Assembly (NCBI GenBank): GCA_951406725.2
Contig: OX597825.1
Location: forward strand, 72,726,001-72,790,000
Direction: 5' to 3'
Length of the DNA stretch: 64,000 bases
From: Octopus vulgaris
Taxonomy: Eukaryota
The position numbers and the translations under genes were made by a program. Shown here piece by piece: positions 43,445-57,672 of the stretch. Below the pieces are notes generated by a model, which saw only the letters and a program-made list of their open reading frames with translations, had not been told where the DNA came from and did not search any database. Within the stretch, counting starts at the first letter, position 1. Each line of letters opens with the position of its first letter.

Positions 43445-43797
43445 ATATATACACCTTCATCATCATCATCACCATTATCATCATTTAACATCCACTTTCC
43501 ATGCTGGCATGTGTTGGACAGTTACATGTATATCAATTTAGCCTGAAGAGTGGTTATATTTATATTGAAGTGATTTTACTACTACTACTAATATTTTTAC
43601 TATTATCATTTCTTAAATATAGCTACGAAACACATGTCATTATTCTACCAAATATATACATTTTATTTATTATTTTGTACATCACTTAATCATTGTTATA
43701 TGTTTTATCTTATATTTAATCTTTCTATATGTAATTTTTCTAAATGGTATAATTTAATTTTTCATTATTGAATTGATAAAAGGTGTTTTTTTTCTAA

Positions 43798-43840
<43 letters not shown>

Positions 43841-43849
43841 CTCCTTTAA

Positions 43850-44165
43850 GTTGTTTGTCATCTGACTGCGGCCATGCTGGAGCACCACCTTTAACTGAAC
43901 AAATCAACCACAGGACTTATATTTTGTAAGCCTAGTACTTATTCTATCAATCTCACCTGCTAAACACACCAACATCGGTTGTCAAACACAGACACACAAA
44001 TACATACATGACAGGCTTTTTTCAGTTTCCATCTACCAAATCCACTCACAAGGCTTTGGTCGGCCCGAGGCTAGAGTAGAAGACACTTGCCCAAAGTGCC
44101 ACAGAGTGGGACTGAACCCGGAACCATGTGGTCGGTAAGCAAGCTACTTACCACACAGCCACTCT
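43850..44165 (-). mobile_element. CORE-like SINE with internal deletions
   Basis: Family match. Confidence 0.7.
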
Positions 44166-44844
44166 TGCACACATGATGGGTTTCCACACTGCTTCTATCT
44201 ACCAAGTTCACTCACAAGGCATTGGTAAACCTGGAGGTTTAACAGAAGACACTTTCCCAATATGCCCACAAAAAGGAACCTGGGATTGAACCCAAAACAA
44301 TATGATTGCAAAGTGAGCTCCAAAACCACACAACTATACTTTACTCCTTAGTTTCATTTCTCTTATAACATGGAATACTCCAGAAAACAGCTTCATCTGG
44401 AAAACATTCACCATTTTTCAACATTTTTAAAAATATTTAATACCTTGATTTTTTTTTCTGTGTCACTTATTAATTTCTATCGTTAAGTTTCCTTGCATAT
44501 TTTCGTTTAGTTTCACATAATTAATTGTATACATTACCATATTATGTAGATTATTTATGTCAAGAAGCCATTGTTGTATTTTTGCAAATATAATAATATA
44601 TTTAACAATAAAAGGAATTACCTACATACCTAGCAAGCTCTCTCTATCTGTTTGTTTAAGTATCTTATATCAAGTCTTATGGCAACACTGCCTTTATTCG
44701 CCAATTACTGCTAATTATCACTTACTACTTTCTAGGTTTATCACCAAAAATGGGCATTTATACATGTACATATATGTAGATATATATATATATATATATA
44801 TAATGATAAATCTCAGAGCGAGTTATAAACAGTAGTGGTAACAC

Positions 44845-45221
44845 ATCGTGACGCATATTTGCCATTTGAATATGGCTAACCCCTAAGGGTGGATGCTACT
44901 GTAGTTTGTAGCCCCAGGAAGATATCTCCTCCAGCTGGCTATAGACACACCATCTGTGTCCTCTCAGTATTTGTGAAGGGAAGTCATCCTCCCCGTCTTC
45001 AACTCATGATACACACGGACCCGATGAAAGGTAAACACCTTGAAACTTGGGTCCGTGTGTATCATGAGTTGAAGACGGAGAGGATGACTTCCCTTCACAA
45101 ATACTGAGAAAACACAGAAAGTGTGTCTATAGGCAGCTGGAGGAGATATCTTCCTGGGGCTACAAACTACAGTAGCATCCACCCTTAGGGTTAGCCATAT
45201 TCAAATGGCAAATATGCGTCA

Positions 45222-45225
<4 letters not shown>
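44845..45225. repeat. Long inverted repeat (~178-bp arms) with a hammerhead-like core in the 26-nt loop
   Basis: 44845-45022 is a near-perfect reverse complement of 45049-45225, also visible as mirror ORFs [11 protein letters not shown] on both strands. The apex reads CCGATGA AAGGT aaac ACCTT GAAAC. Confidence 0.9.
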
Positions 45226-45258
<33 letters not shown>

Positions 45259-45368
45259 TATGTATAAGTGTGTGTGTATATGTGTATGTGTGTATTTGTG
45301 TGTGTGTATATATACACACATATATACATACATATATACATATATAAGTATATGTATATATGTGTGTG

Positions 45369-45441
<73 letters not shown>

Positions 45442-45456
45442 TTATCTATCTATATT

Positions 45457-45848
45457 ACTCTTTTACTTGTTTTAGCCATTTGACGGTGGCCATGTTGGAG
45501 CATCACCTTTAGTCGAGCAAATTGACCCCAGGACTTATTCTTTGTAAACCTAGTACTTATTCTATTGTTCTCTTTTACCAAACCGCTAGGTGACGGAGAC
45601 ATGAACACATCAATATCGGTTGTCAAGCGATGTTGGGGAGACAAACATACATACAAACATATACACACACATATCCATATATATACATATACGACGGGCT
45701 TCTTCCTGTTTCTATCTACCAAATCCACTCACAAGGTTTTGGTCAGCCCAATGCTATAGCAGAAGACACTTGCCAAAGGTGCCATGCAGTGGGACTGAAT
45801 CTGAAACCATGAGGTCGGGAAGTGAACTTCTTAACCACCCAGCCATAC
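45457..45848 (-). mobile_element. CORE-like SINE
   Basis: Family match. Confidence 0.7.
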
Positions 45849-48800
45849 TTACAGAGAGAAATTAATAGGAGATGGAGAGAACAAGAGCGAAACAGGAGAC
45901 AGAATAAAGCACAAGAAGATGAAGAAAGCTAGAGAAGACACACAATGGAAAATAGACGGAATGGAAAAGTGTTAGATTTTTCTAGCAGAACCAGTGAAAA
46001 ATCAGGTGTGAAATAAAAAGAATCAAGCAATTTTATTGAAGCTAATCCAGTTTTAAACAGTCCAGTTGTTTGATCTTTCTAATCAGCTACTTATCTATGA
46101 CAACTAATCAAAGATTCAGGTTAGAGCTTAAAATTTGACAAGGATGTGTAGTTTCTATTTTTTTTTGTTTTGTTTTTTGTATTTTATTTTTATTTTATTT
46201 TATTTTAACATCAATGAGCCTCTTTTATAACCTACACCTCCACTGCTTTCACCAACATCCCCAGTAGAAGCAGTTAGCTTCAGTGGCAGCAGATAGTCAA
46301 GTCGTTACAGATATGAATGAGCCTCATTACAACAGACAACACCACCAGTAACAGTAACTACAACAATACCAACAACTACCACAACAAGAGCAGTAAATAG
46401 TTAAGTTGTTACAATATAAAGGAGGCTAATTTAGGTAAAACAAACATTTAGTAATAAAAGTGTGATGGCGAAGTTGGAACTAGAAAGCATGGAGCAGTCA
46501 TGGCCAAAGGTTTATAAGTTTACTTCCAAACCACAAGATTTTGGTTTCAATCCCAGTGTGTACTACCACAAGAACTTGCAGTGGAATTCACCTACAATGG
46601 GTCAAGCTGGTTCCAGCCAATGAGTTCACCAAGTACCTCATGAATGTTGACTAAGTCTGATAGTATGGATGCTGTAACCATGATCATCATTTGTTGTTGA
46701 GGTGTAGAGTTCATGTTCAGAGTTCCAGTAGAAATACAAGTTCACATGTGGGCTTCGGTCGCATGTGGTCCCTGGTCACACATGGTCCCTAGACACATGC
46801 GGGTCCCAATCGCATGTGGTCCTTGGTCATATGTGGTCCCTGGTTGCATGTGGTCCTTGGTCACTTTGGGATAGTGTGATCCATAGCAGCTCATCTTGCC
46901 ATCAAATTTTGACACAATATTACAAATAAACATTAATGGTCTTTGCACATTTCTGAATGGCTAATTTTTATCTTCCATACTGCAATCATTTCATGAAACT
47001 TAATTTCACAGTTAGAGTTAGACAAGATTTATATACAGAAAATAGTTGATTAAAGCATAGTAGACTATCAGTAGATACCACTGATAGGGTCTAACATGGT
47101 TGCAATGCATCTGGTATTCTCAGTAATCACTACTGGGACACTTTTACATCCCCCTCTGATATGTATTGTGTTTTTAAACATAGCACATCCATATGAAGTG
47201 TTATTTCTGAATGAATACCACAGCAAATTGCCTTTCAACGATGTATTTGCATTAAGTATGATACACAGATAGCCATTTTTATCTGTATATGAAGTGCATT
47301 CATGTATATATGAAGTGCATACATATTTGTAATTCAACCATTCATATAACTTGTAATTATTGTATATCTGTAATTCATGACCCAGAGTGCATATGAGCAT
47401 ATGAATGCACATGTGTACATTCATCTATGTATATATGGTAGAAAATTTCTCTAATTTTTCTACCCTATATATATATATTTTTCTCAATATATATATATAT
47501 ATTGGCGTTAGGAAGGGCATCCAGCCGTAGAAACACTGCCAGATCAGACTAGGCCTGATGTAGCCTTCTGGCTTCACAGACCCCAGTTGAACCATCCAAC
47601 CCATGCTAGCATAGAAAGCGGACGCTAAATGATGATGATGATGATGATGATATATATATATATGCTGAGAGCCCCTTTGGTCGTGACTGACCATGGGATT
47701 GCACCTAGAAAGTTACCCTCCCAGGCACAAGTCCGGGCAAGGTTGTTTATGGAAGACCAGCAGTCGCCCATGCATACCGACCTCCCCTCTCCATGACACC
47801 AGTGTTATCCAAGGGAAAGGCAAAGGCCAATACAGCTTGGCACCTGTGATGTCGCAACTCATTTTTACAGCTGAGTGAACTGGAGCAACACGAAATAAAG
47901 TGTCTTGCTCAAGAACACAACACGCAGTCTGGTCCATGATTCGAATTCACAACCTCCACGATCATAAGCTCGACACTCTAACCCCTGAGCCATGCACTTT
48001 CATTATATATATATATATATATAAAATCTCAGCGTATGCATGCTGCAACACTCATGCCAAGATTTAGCCTATAACTGACCTCACATCCTACCAAATTTGA
48101 AATGCAAAACAATAGCATTTAGAGACATTCAAGTTTCACTACAAGACATGACATTCAAGAACACAACCATTGCCACCACCACCACCACCATCATCACCAC
48201 AACAACAACCACTGCTGTTGCCACCACCACCACCACCACTCTCCTCTACACAAAGACGAACAATCGCTATTTTAAGCAGAAATAAATAGATAATAAAGTT
48301 AAATATGGTATATTTACAATAAAATAATTATTTATATCATCAATTATTAAGCTTGTTACACAATAATATGAGGCACTTTAGCATGAATTCCACACATATT
48401 TTTCGCTATTGTTAACGAAAACAACCTTAACAACCAAACTGGATTAGAATAACAAATATTTAACCTTTTTCATACTAACTGGCCTGAAACTGCACTCAAA
48501 TGATCTAAATTTAAAAGGATTTCTTTCAAAATTTCACTTTAATTTAAATTACAAACACCAGATTAATAATGGCAGTTATATTAATAGATTCTTCATTATT
48601 TTGTGAGCTGGTAGAATCGTTAGTGTGTCAGGCGAAATGCTTAGCAATATTTCGTCTGTCTCTACATTCTGAGTTCAAATTCTGAGATTGACTATGCCTT
48701 TTATATTTACGGGGTTGATAAATTAAGTACCAGTTGCATACTGGGGTCGATCTAATCGACTGCTACCCCGCACCACAAAAATTTCGGGCCTTGTGCCTAG

Positions 48801-48969
48801 AGTAGAAAAGAATATTAAATGAAACAAATGCAGTATATTTGTGTCTCTGTAGTAAGAAGTCTGTTTCCCAAACACATGCTTCCAGGTTCAATTCCACTGC
48901 ATGGTACCTTGGGCCAAGTGTTTTCTACCAAAGTCTTATGAGTAGATTTGGTAGATGGAAACTAAAAGT

Positions 48970-49005
<36 letters not shown>

Positions 49006-49712
49006 TTAGAGAAGGGGTGCGTATTATACACAAGGTTTAGGTTTCTCAGAGGTACAGCCCCCTAAAAATCCCCTGTGTATTATACTCAAGGGCGGATTAA
49101 CGGTATATATAGACATAGAGACAGATGGATGTAAATATATATTTATATACACACAGTCACATATACACACAAGCATAAACATGCATCTATTTGTATTCAC
49201 TAACCTACTTGTTGCTAATTAAACCACATGGTTGATAACAGTTGCTATAGTGATTGCATAAGTTGTATTACTTACAAACACATAAACACAAACATATACA
49301 CACACAAATAAATGCACACATTTGCATAAATACATATTGTCAGATATCACACACACACACACACACACACACATACATGGCTGTGTGGTTAAATGACTTG
49401 GCTTCCAACTACATGGCTTTGGGTTCAACCCCACAGCAAGATACCTTGAGTATTTCCTTTTTTTTTGTTGTTGTTATATAACAATATCTGACATACCCTT
49501 TATTAGGAGTAAAAGAAAGACTAAATACAAACATTCACTTCTACCTTATTCAGCCCTTAATTCCACCATATTTTCTTTGAAAATCTCAGTTTTACCACAT
49601 CTACCCCTAAGTACATCCATATTATCACTGAAAAATTCAATTCTATCCCATCCACACCTAAATACCATTATATTGTCACAGAGAAAATATCTCATTATTA
49701 TTATCATTAATT

Positions 49713-49767
<55 letters not shown>

Positions 49768-50149
49768 TGTTATTATTCAATTGGGTGCAATAAAAACAGT
49801 TATTTTATCTGTCTGTGTGACTGTATATGTTAACCGTTATTGTGTCTGGGTGAGGTATGTATGTGTGTGTGTGTGCATGCACACATATGTGTGTGTGTGT
49901 GGATGGGTGTTCTATGCGGTGGTTTGTTTTTACTGCTATTTTTTATTATTATTCTAAGATCAAGCTTCTTACAACAATCACCACCACTAACACTGCCACC
50001 ACTACCACCACCACCACCACCACCATGCCGATATCTATCCACCGCCCCTCCCCCTCCAGCACCTCCGGTTTTCTTACTGCACTTGTATTCATGTTCTCAC
50101 TTTACACTGAACTGCTAAAACCTGTTCAATGAATTTATAATGATAATAA

Positions 50150-50209
<60 letters not shown>

Positions 50210-50789
50210 CATCATAATAATAATAATAATTTAGTGGTGGTGGTAGCAATCGCTTTCATCTGACACAGACAAAATGGCCAAGTGGTTAAGAAGTTTGTTT
50301 TGTAGTCATTCATGTCCCAGGTTCAAATCTAATGCGTGTCCTTCTTTCATGATTGCCTTGTCCTCAGGTCGACCATGAATCTTATAACTAAGAAGCCCAT
50401 TAATGAGATTGGGTCGGGCCTATATTTAATTAGTGGGGAAGAAGGGGGTCAGGTTCGTCACATGGTTTGGAAGCCAGAGGATTGTGTTAAGAGAGTATAT
50501 GTCTACAGAAGGCGGCGAGCTGGCAGAAACGTTAGCACGTATTGTGAAATGCTTAGCGGTATTTCGTCTGGCGCTACATTCTGAGTTCAAATCCCACCGA
50601 GGTCGACGTTGCCTTTCATCCTTTTGGGGTCGATTAAATAAGTACCAGTTACGCACTGGGTTAATATAATTGACTTAATCCGTTTGTCTGTCTTTGTTTG
50701 TCCCCTCTGTGTTTAGCCCCTTTGGGTAATAAATAAATAGGTATTTCATCTGCCGGTATGTTCAGGGTTCAAATTCATATATATATATA

Positions 50790-51077
50790 TATATATGAAT
50801 AAATAAATGAATGGAGTTGAACGAAGATGTTAACAAAATTCCTTTACTCTCGACATATGTTTCGAAGACAACATGGTTTCATTCCAAAGGAATAAACGGT
50901 GCATCTTGCACCATTTTACACTGAACTGCTAAAACCTGTTAAAACCTGAACTGCGGTGCATCTTGCACCATTTATTCCTTTGGAATGAAACCATGTTGTC
51001 TTCGAAACATATGTCGAGAGTAAAGGAATTTTGTTAACATCTTCGTTCAACTCCATTCATTTATTTATTCATATATA
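50790..51077. repeat. Inverted repeat (~110-bp arms) of a pLTR-like 3' segment carrying half a hammerhead
   Basis: 50790-50903 pairs with 50964-51077. Each arm carries gtcttc GAA ACATATGT C gagagt (GAAA, palindromic stem III, GUC triplet). Confidence 0.85.
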
Positions 51078-51430
51078 ACACACAAATTTCTGCACATGAA
51101 CCCGGAGTTTCTACCCTTGGACAGGTCGCTTCAACCATGTTTCTGACATGAATTTGCTACCCTGGTATCGGTTCATCGATTTTCCATGTTGACGGTAAAC
51201 ATAGGATAATTCATTCACCTATATGTTTCTTTATTGCCCACAAGGGGCTAAACATAGAGGGGACAAACAAGGACAGACAAACGGATTAAGACGATTACAT
51301 CGACCCCAGTGCTTAACTGGTACTTAATTTATCGACCCCGAAAGGATGAAAAGCAAAGTCGACCTCGGCAGAATTTGAACTCAGAACGTAGCGGCAGACA
51401 AAATACGGCTACGCATTTCACCTATATATA

Positions 51431-51466
<36 letters not shown>

Positions 51467-51777
51467 TGTATGTATGCATGTATGTATAAATATAATCAAA
51501 TATTTGTTCTTGCAATAGAAACATCAAAAATGTGTAGTTTACGATACATGGTTGTTCCATAAAGATAAAGTATTTAGTGTCTAAATTCAGTAGTTAATTT
51601 GGTGGTGGGCAGTTTAGCTTAATGGTAAAGCACTTAGCTGGAGTCTTTGAGGGATATGTGTTCGAGTCACATGGCCAGTTGTTGACAAATTTTTCCACCT
51701 TGTATGGGTAATTTACCCAGGATTTCTGCTGTTCTAACGGCAACTCTGCATTCGAAAAATATCATCGTTTTATTTGT

Positions 51778-51817
<40 letters not shown>

Positions 51818-51919
51818 GTGTGTGTGTTTGAATATATATACATTATATATATATGGACAAACATACATACACATATAAAAGATTGTGTGTGCATGTGTGC
51901 ATTGTATATATAATATATA

Positions 51920-52322
51920 GGCGTAGTAGTGGCTGTGTGGTAAGTAGCTTGCTTACGAACCACATGGTTCCGGGTTCAGTCCCACTGCATGGCATCTTGG
52001 GTGTCTTCTACTATAGCCTTGGGCCAACCAAAGCCTTGTGAGTGGATTTGGTAGATGAAAACTGAAAGAAGCCTGTCGTATATATATATATGTATGTGTG
52101 TGTGTATATGTTTGTGTGTCTGTGTTTGTCCCCCCAACATCGCTTGAAAACTGATACTGGTGTGTTTACGTCCCCGTAACTTAGCGGTTTGGCAAAAGAC
52201 ACTGATAGAATAAGTACTAGGCTTACAAAGAGTAAGTCCTGGGGTCGATTTGCTCGACTATAAGGCAGTGCTCCAGCATGGCCACAGTCAAATGATTGAA
52301 ACAAGTAAAAGAGTAAAAGAGT
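51920..52322 (+). mobile_element. CORE-like SINE
   Basis: Full-length family match. Confidence 0.75.
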
Positions 52323-52352
52323 ATATCAAATAGGCATTCACACACACACACA

Positions 52353-52388
<36 letters not shown>

Positions 52389-53523
52389 AGCACCTACACA
52401 GACATGTAAGGACCCAAACACTCAAAAACCGCACATCTTACTCCTTCCCCGCCTCCCACAATATAAACCCCCCACCTATGCACAAAAGAATCCTTACCCA
52501 CCCAGCTCCTACCTTCCCATCCACCCCACCACCCCCACAAAAAAAAACTACCCGGCCTCCCCCCACCCCACCCAACTTAAATCTACTCGCTTACCCACCT
52601 GTACTCCCTCTAAAACCAGGAAATTTCAATCAGAAACCAAACAGTTGTTTGTGTTTGAAAATCACCATTGTTTCATGTTTGTCCCTTTATTTTTACCCTT
52701 GCATATTATGCGCACCCACCCCGCTGTGCATTGTGCTGCACTAACTGCACTATGTAAGGGGAGCACTGTAACACTAGGAGTCGTTAGGGCAATATATAAA
52801 CTAAACTGCATCTAAATTCTGCTTTCATCTCTTCTTAATAATTTCTCCCCACTCACTGCCATCTTGGGGGTTGGGGTGAGAGAGAGAGAGAAAGAGGGAG
52901 AGAGGGAGAGAGTGGGAGAAAGAAGGGAGAGGGGAAGAAAGAGGGAGAGAAAGAGAGAGAAAGAGGGAGAAGGGGAGAGGGGGGAGAGGGAGAGAAATAG
53001 GGAGAGAGAAAGAGGGAGAGAGAGGGGGAGAGAAAGAGGGAGAGAGGGAGAGAAAGAGGGTGAGAGAGATGGAGAGAAAAAGGGAGAGGGGGAGAGACGG
53101 GGAGAGAAAGAGGGAGAGAGAGGGGGAGAGAAAGCGAGAGACAGGGAGAGAAAGAGGGAGAGAGAGAGAAAACATGTGTGACTGTGTGTGTGTGTGTGTG
53201 TGAATATAGGTGAAGATATCGCTGTGTGGTAAGAAATTTGCTTCCCAAGCACGTGGTTCTAGGTTCAACCCCACCACATATACCTCAGGAAAGTGTCTTC
53301 TACTATAGCCCCGAGCTGACTAATGCCTTATGGATGAATTAAGTGGACAGCAACTGTGAGGAAGGCTGTTGTGTATGTGTATGTATGTGTTTCTATGTAT
53401 CTATGTATGTATATGTATGTCTTCTTGTGTAAACTGCCCTCACCACCTCCACCACTAGTTCATTGCTTGGCAAGTGTAACTTAGCAGTTTGGTAAAAGAG
53501 ATCAATAAAATAAGTACCAGACT

Positions 53524-53752
53524 TTATCCCTTTCATTACCAACCCGGCTGAAACCAGCTCTGGCTCTGATTACAAATGTCTTGTTTCCATAAGTTTTGAA
53601 TTACAATTGTCCACCAAACCTTAGACACAATTTATGTTCCTAACACCAGCTTAATGATAACTAAGTTATTTTACTAAATTCTTGGTTATATTTAAAATTA
53701 ATTGAAAGAAACACAGAGCATCTCAAAATAAATACAGCAACGAAAGGGTTAA
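53524..53752. mobile_element. piggyBac-type MITE, solo copy of the 5755-6681 unit, inserted in a SINE
   Basis: ttatccctttc...gaaagggttaa, with internal sequence matching the tandem unit. Confidence 0.75.
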
Positions 53753-53952
53753 AAATAAAAAAAGTATTGGGGTCGAATTGCTTGGTTATTGGCTAAACAC
53801 TTCAAGGCAGTGCCCCAGCATGGCCACATTCCACTAATGTGTTTCCACAAAGTCAAATACAAAAAGATATAAATATGTATGTGTGCATATGTGTGTGCAT
53901 GTATTACATATATATTTGTGTGTGTGTGCATGTGTGTGTGTGTGTGCATGTG

Positions 53953-54028
<76 letters not shown>

Positions 54029-54673
54029 TGTGTGTGTAATCTGGCTTGCCAGCTCCTGTCAAACAGTACAACCCATGCCGGCAAGAAAAACAGACATAAG
54101 ACGATGCCACCATCGCCACCACCGACAATGATGATGGCTGCCCTTCATGCCCAACAAGCACAAGGAAGTGCAGCCTAGATGCAGAGTTGAAGCTGCAACT
54201 GCCAGTACTATCCGGTTCCTGTTGTTTTCGTCTCTTCTCCCTCGTTGCAGGGCTTTTCTTCCAGCCTGCATTTAGCAATCTTAAAGTGAGGGTCAATCCA
54301 TGCAATCTGGCTCCACCCTTTAGACTTAGAGGTCAGACCACAGTGGCTCAGCTACTGGGCACTCTCCTGGGTGAATTGCTTCACAGGGCTGCAGAGCCCC
54401 ACCTACTATGTTGCTGCCAGAAAGGTGTCAAAGAGGCCACAAGACTATCTGAGATGACTTCATTCCTTTTATTTTGTTCTCAAGGCTGATCCTCTAACAT
54501 TTTGTTTCTCAAGGCACTCACAATATAGTGGCAGTTTGTGCTTAGGGTTTCAACATAACAAAGCTAATTAACCCACAGCTGGGATCCTGACAGGTGCTAC
54601 TACTAAGGGCTAGAGTTGTACTGGAAACAATAAAAGCTAAGAGGTGGTTCCACACGGTAATTAGCCATGGAGA

Positions 54674-55084
54674 GAGGGTGGCGAGCTGGCAGAATCGTTA
54701 GCATGTCGGGCGAAATGCTTAGTGGTATTTCGTCTGCCGTTACGTTCTGAGTTAAAATTCTGCTGAGGTCGACTTTGCTTTTCATCCTTTCGGGGTCGAT
54801 TAAATAAGTACCAGTTATGCACTGGGGTCAATATAATCAACTTAATCCATTTGTCTGTCCTTGTTTGTCCTCTCTGTGTTTAGCCCCTTGTGGGTAGTAA
54901 AGAAATAGGTATTTCGTCTGTCGTTACGTTCTGAGTTCAAATTCCGCTGAGGTCGACTTTGCCTTTCATCCTTTCAGGGTCGATTAAACAAGTACCAGTT
55001 ATGCACTGGGGTCGATGTAATTGACTTAAAAACCCTTTGTTTGTCACCTCTATTTTAGCCCCCTGTGGGCAATAAAGAATTAAG
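54674..55084 (+). mobile_element. Meta-domain-like SINE dimer with 13-bp target-site duplication
   Basis: ttagccatggaga occurs at 54661-54673 and 55085-55097. Confidence 0.75.
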
Positions 55085-57138
55085 TTAGCCATGGAGACAG
55101 GGGTTATGAAAGCACTGTAACCAGAATACTATGAGCCATAAGTTTCTGACATACAAATCATCATTGTACATAGTATGGTGGTGGCAAAATTAATGTGCAA
55201 GTGGCTGAGCACTCCACAGACACATGTACCCTTAACGTAATTCTCGGGAAGATTCGGTGCGACACAGTGTGACAAGGCTGGCCCTTTGAAATACAGGTAC
55301 AAGAGAAACAGGAAGAAAGAGTGAGAGAAAGTTGTGGTGAAAGAGTACAGTAGAGTTCGCCACCCCACCCTCCTGCTGGAGCCTTTTGGAGCTTTAATTG
55401 TCTTCGCTCAATAAATACTCTGAACACCCGGTCTTGGAATCAAAACTGCGATCCTATGACCGGGAGTCCTCTGCCCTAACCATTGGGCCATTGCACCTCC
55501 ACTCTATATAGTATAAACATGTAGTGTAAATATTCAAACAACATCATTATCTTTCCGAATCTTGCAACATTTTACGTGGAATTTTGGGTTCTCTAAAGTC
55601 ATCTATGTGTACAATTTAACATTTCTTCTTTGGCTGTAAATTTTAGTCAGAAATTTTGACTTGTATGTTGGAAAATACAGTAGTAGAAGAATAGAGTGGA
55701 AAAAAGTTCTATAAGCTATTAACTCTGTTGTTCATAACAAAGGGTTTTTTCTGTTAGGATGGAAAGTAATTTCTAAGACATTTGTGAGCAGTGTGAAGCT
55801 GCCATGGTAGAGAGATGTTGGTACCGAATGTGGAAGACGTGTGAGATAAAAAGAAATGAAGTGACAATGCTTCACTGGATGATGAACCTTTTGTCACTTA
55901 AAATGGCCAAATCTGGCCCAAAGGTCCTACCTGTTTTATCTTCAAAGCAGCAAGATTTGGCTTCTCATGCATACCCTACAACAGACAGGTTGATAGGTAG
56001 GTAGGTAGGTAGGTATGTAGGTAGGTGGGTAGGTAGGTAGGTAGGTAAGTAGGTAGGTAGGTAAGTAGGTAAGTAGGTAGGTAGATGGATGGATGAATGG
56101 ATGGATAGAAAGATAAGAAACTCTGCCAGATCAAGATTGGAGCCTGGTGCAGCCATCTGGTTCACCAGTCCTCAGTCAAATTGCCCAACCCATGCCAGCA
56201 TGGAAAGCAGACGTTAAACGGTGGTGGTGGTAGTAGATGAATGGATGGATGGATGGATGGATGGATGGATGGATGGATGGATGGATGGATGGACTGACTG
56301 ACTGACTGACAGATAGACAGGTTTATAGACAGGTAAGTAGGTACAGAGAGGTAGAGATGTAGATAGATAGATAGATTGATACATATATACATAGAAAGAT
56401 GGACTTATGGAAGGACAGACAGACTAACAAAAAGGTATATAGATAGCTAGATCAAAAGATAGGTCAGAATATAAATAGACAGACACCTAAAACTTTCATA
56501 ATCGTTCATCAACGATTATGTCATCTAGTTTGAAACGGTAAAAGGCAGAGACTATGTCCCCTCTCTAGCTCGTTAACAGAGCAGTCATTACAGGTAGAAA
56601 GACAAAATAAGCTGAAACCAAAATACCTCACCTGGAGATCAAACCTGTATTAATGGGGTCGATTTTGTCAGCTTAACCGACAACACTGCATGTCCACACG
56701 CACATGCATATGCTCACAAGCAACTACCGTCGCCACCACCACCACCACCACCACCACTTCCCGTAACACACACCCACACCATACCGTTGCCGTTTTCCAC
56801 CATCACCATTGCCACCAATATCACTGCCGCCAGTGCCACCCCTTCCACCATCACCACCACCACCACTGCCACTGCCACCGTTATTTTAATGTATTAGTCA
56901 TTGGAGATGTTTGGGTCAAATAAGAACATTTACAACCACTGCCACCACTACCACTGCCACTACTACCACCACTACCTCCACCACCACTACCACCACCACC
57001 ACCACCCCTATGCTACCCAATACTTAAATGCTATTTCAAGATGGACACAAATTCAGAATAGAATATGAAATATTAATTTGTGTTCATTCAGTAGTGGCAG
57101 TGGTGGTGGTGGTGGTGGTGGTGGTGGTGGTGGTGGTG

Positions 57139-57174
<36 letters not shown>

Positions 57175-57635
57175 GGCATGTGTCATTAAAGGCCCCTTTC
57201 CTCGCTGCTTTGTCCGTTCCCTCCCTCCCTCCCTTCCAACCTACTCCTCATTGCAGCTCTGTCTACCCTGTCCCCACCCATATATCAATGTCAGCTGTGG
57301 GGGGACACAGGAGGGGGTACACGTCGGAGAAGAGACACACAGGGACAGAGAGAGAAAGAGAGAGATAGAAAGAAGGAGAGAGGGGGTTAGAAAGATGGAC
57401 ATAAGTTTCCCTTCCCCGCCACCTCCTCTGCAGGTTGGGTGCAAGCTATGCAGCAAGTGGTGGAGGGGGAGGTGGGCATAAAGAATAAGTGTGATAGAGT
57501 TAGTGAAGGAGGGAGGGAGGGAGGGAGAGAAAGAGAGAGAGAGAGTGAAGGAATGAGGGGAAAGGTAATATGTTGGCAGCTAAACTTCCTTTTCTATGGT
57601 AATTTATTAAGGTGCATAAAAACAGTTTTATTTTC

Positions 57636-57672
<37 letters not shown>

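Noticed and set aside
54135-54600. GC-richer segment with overlapping ORFs of ~70-130 aa
   Set aside because: No recognisable domain or splice pattern. It is probably an old retroelement fragment that I cannot classify.
56500-56700. Unique island with a possible minus-strand donor (CCAG|GTGAGG) as a 5' UTR exon of castor
   Set aside because: A single donor-like motif without an identifiable acceptor or promoter. Transcript data would be needed.
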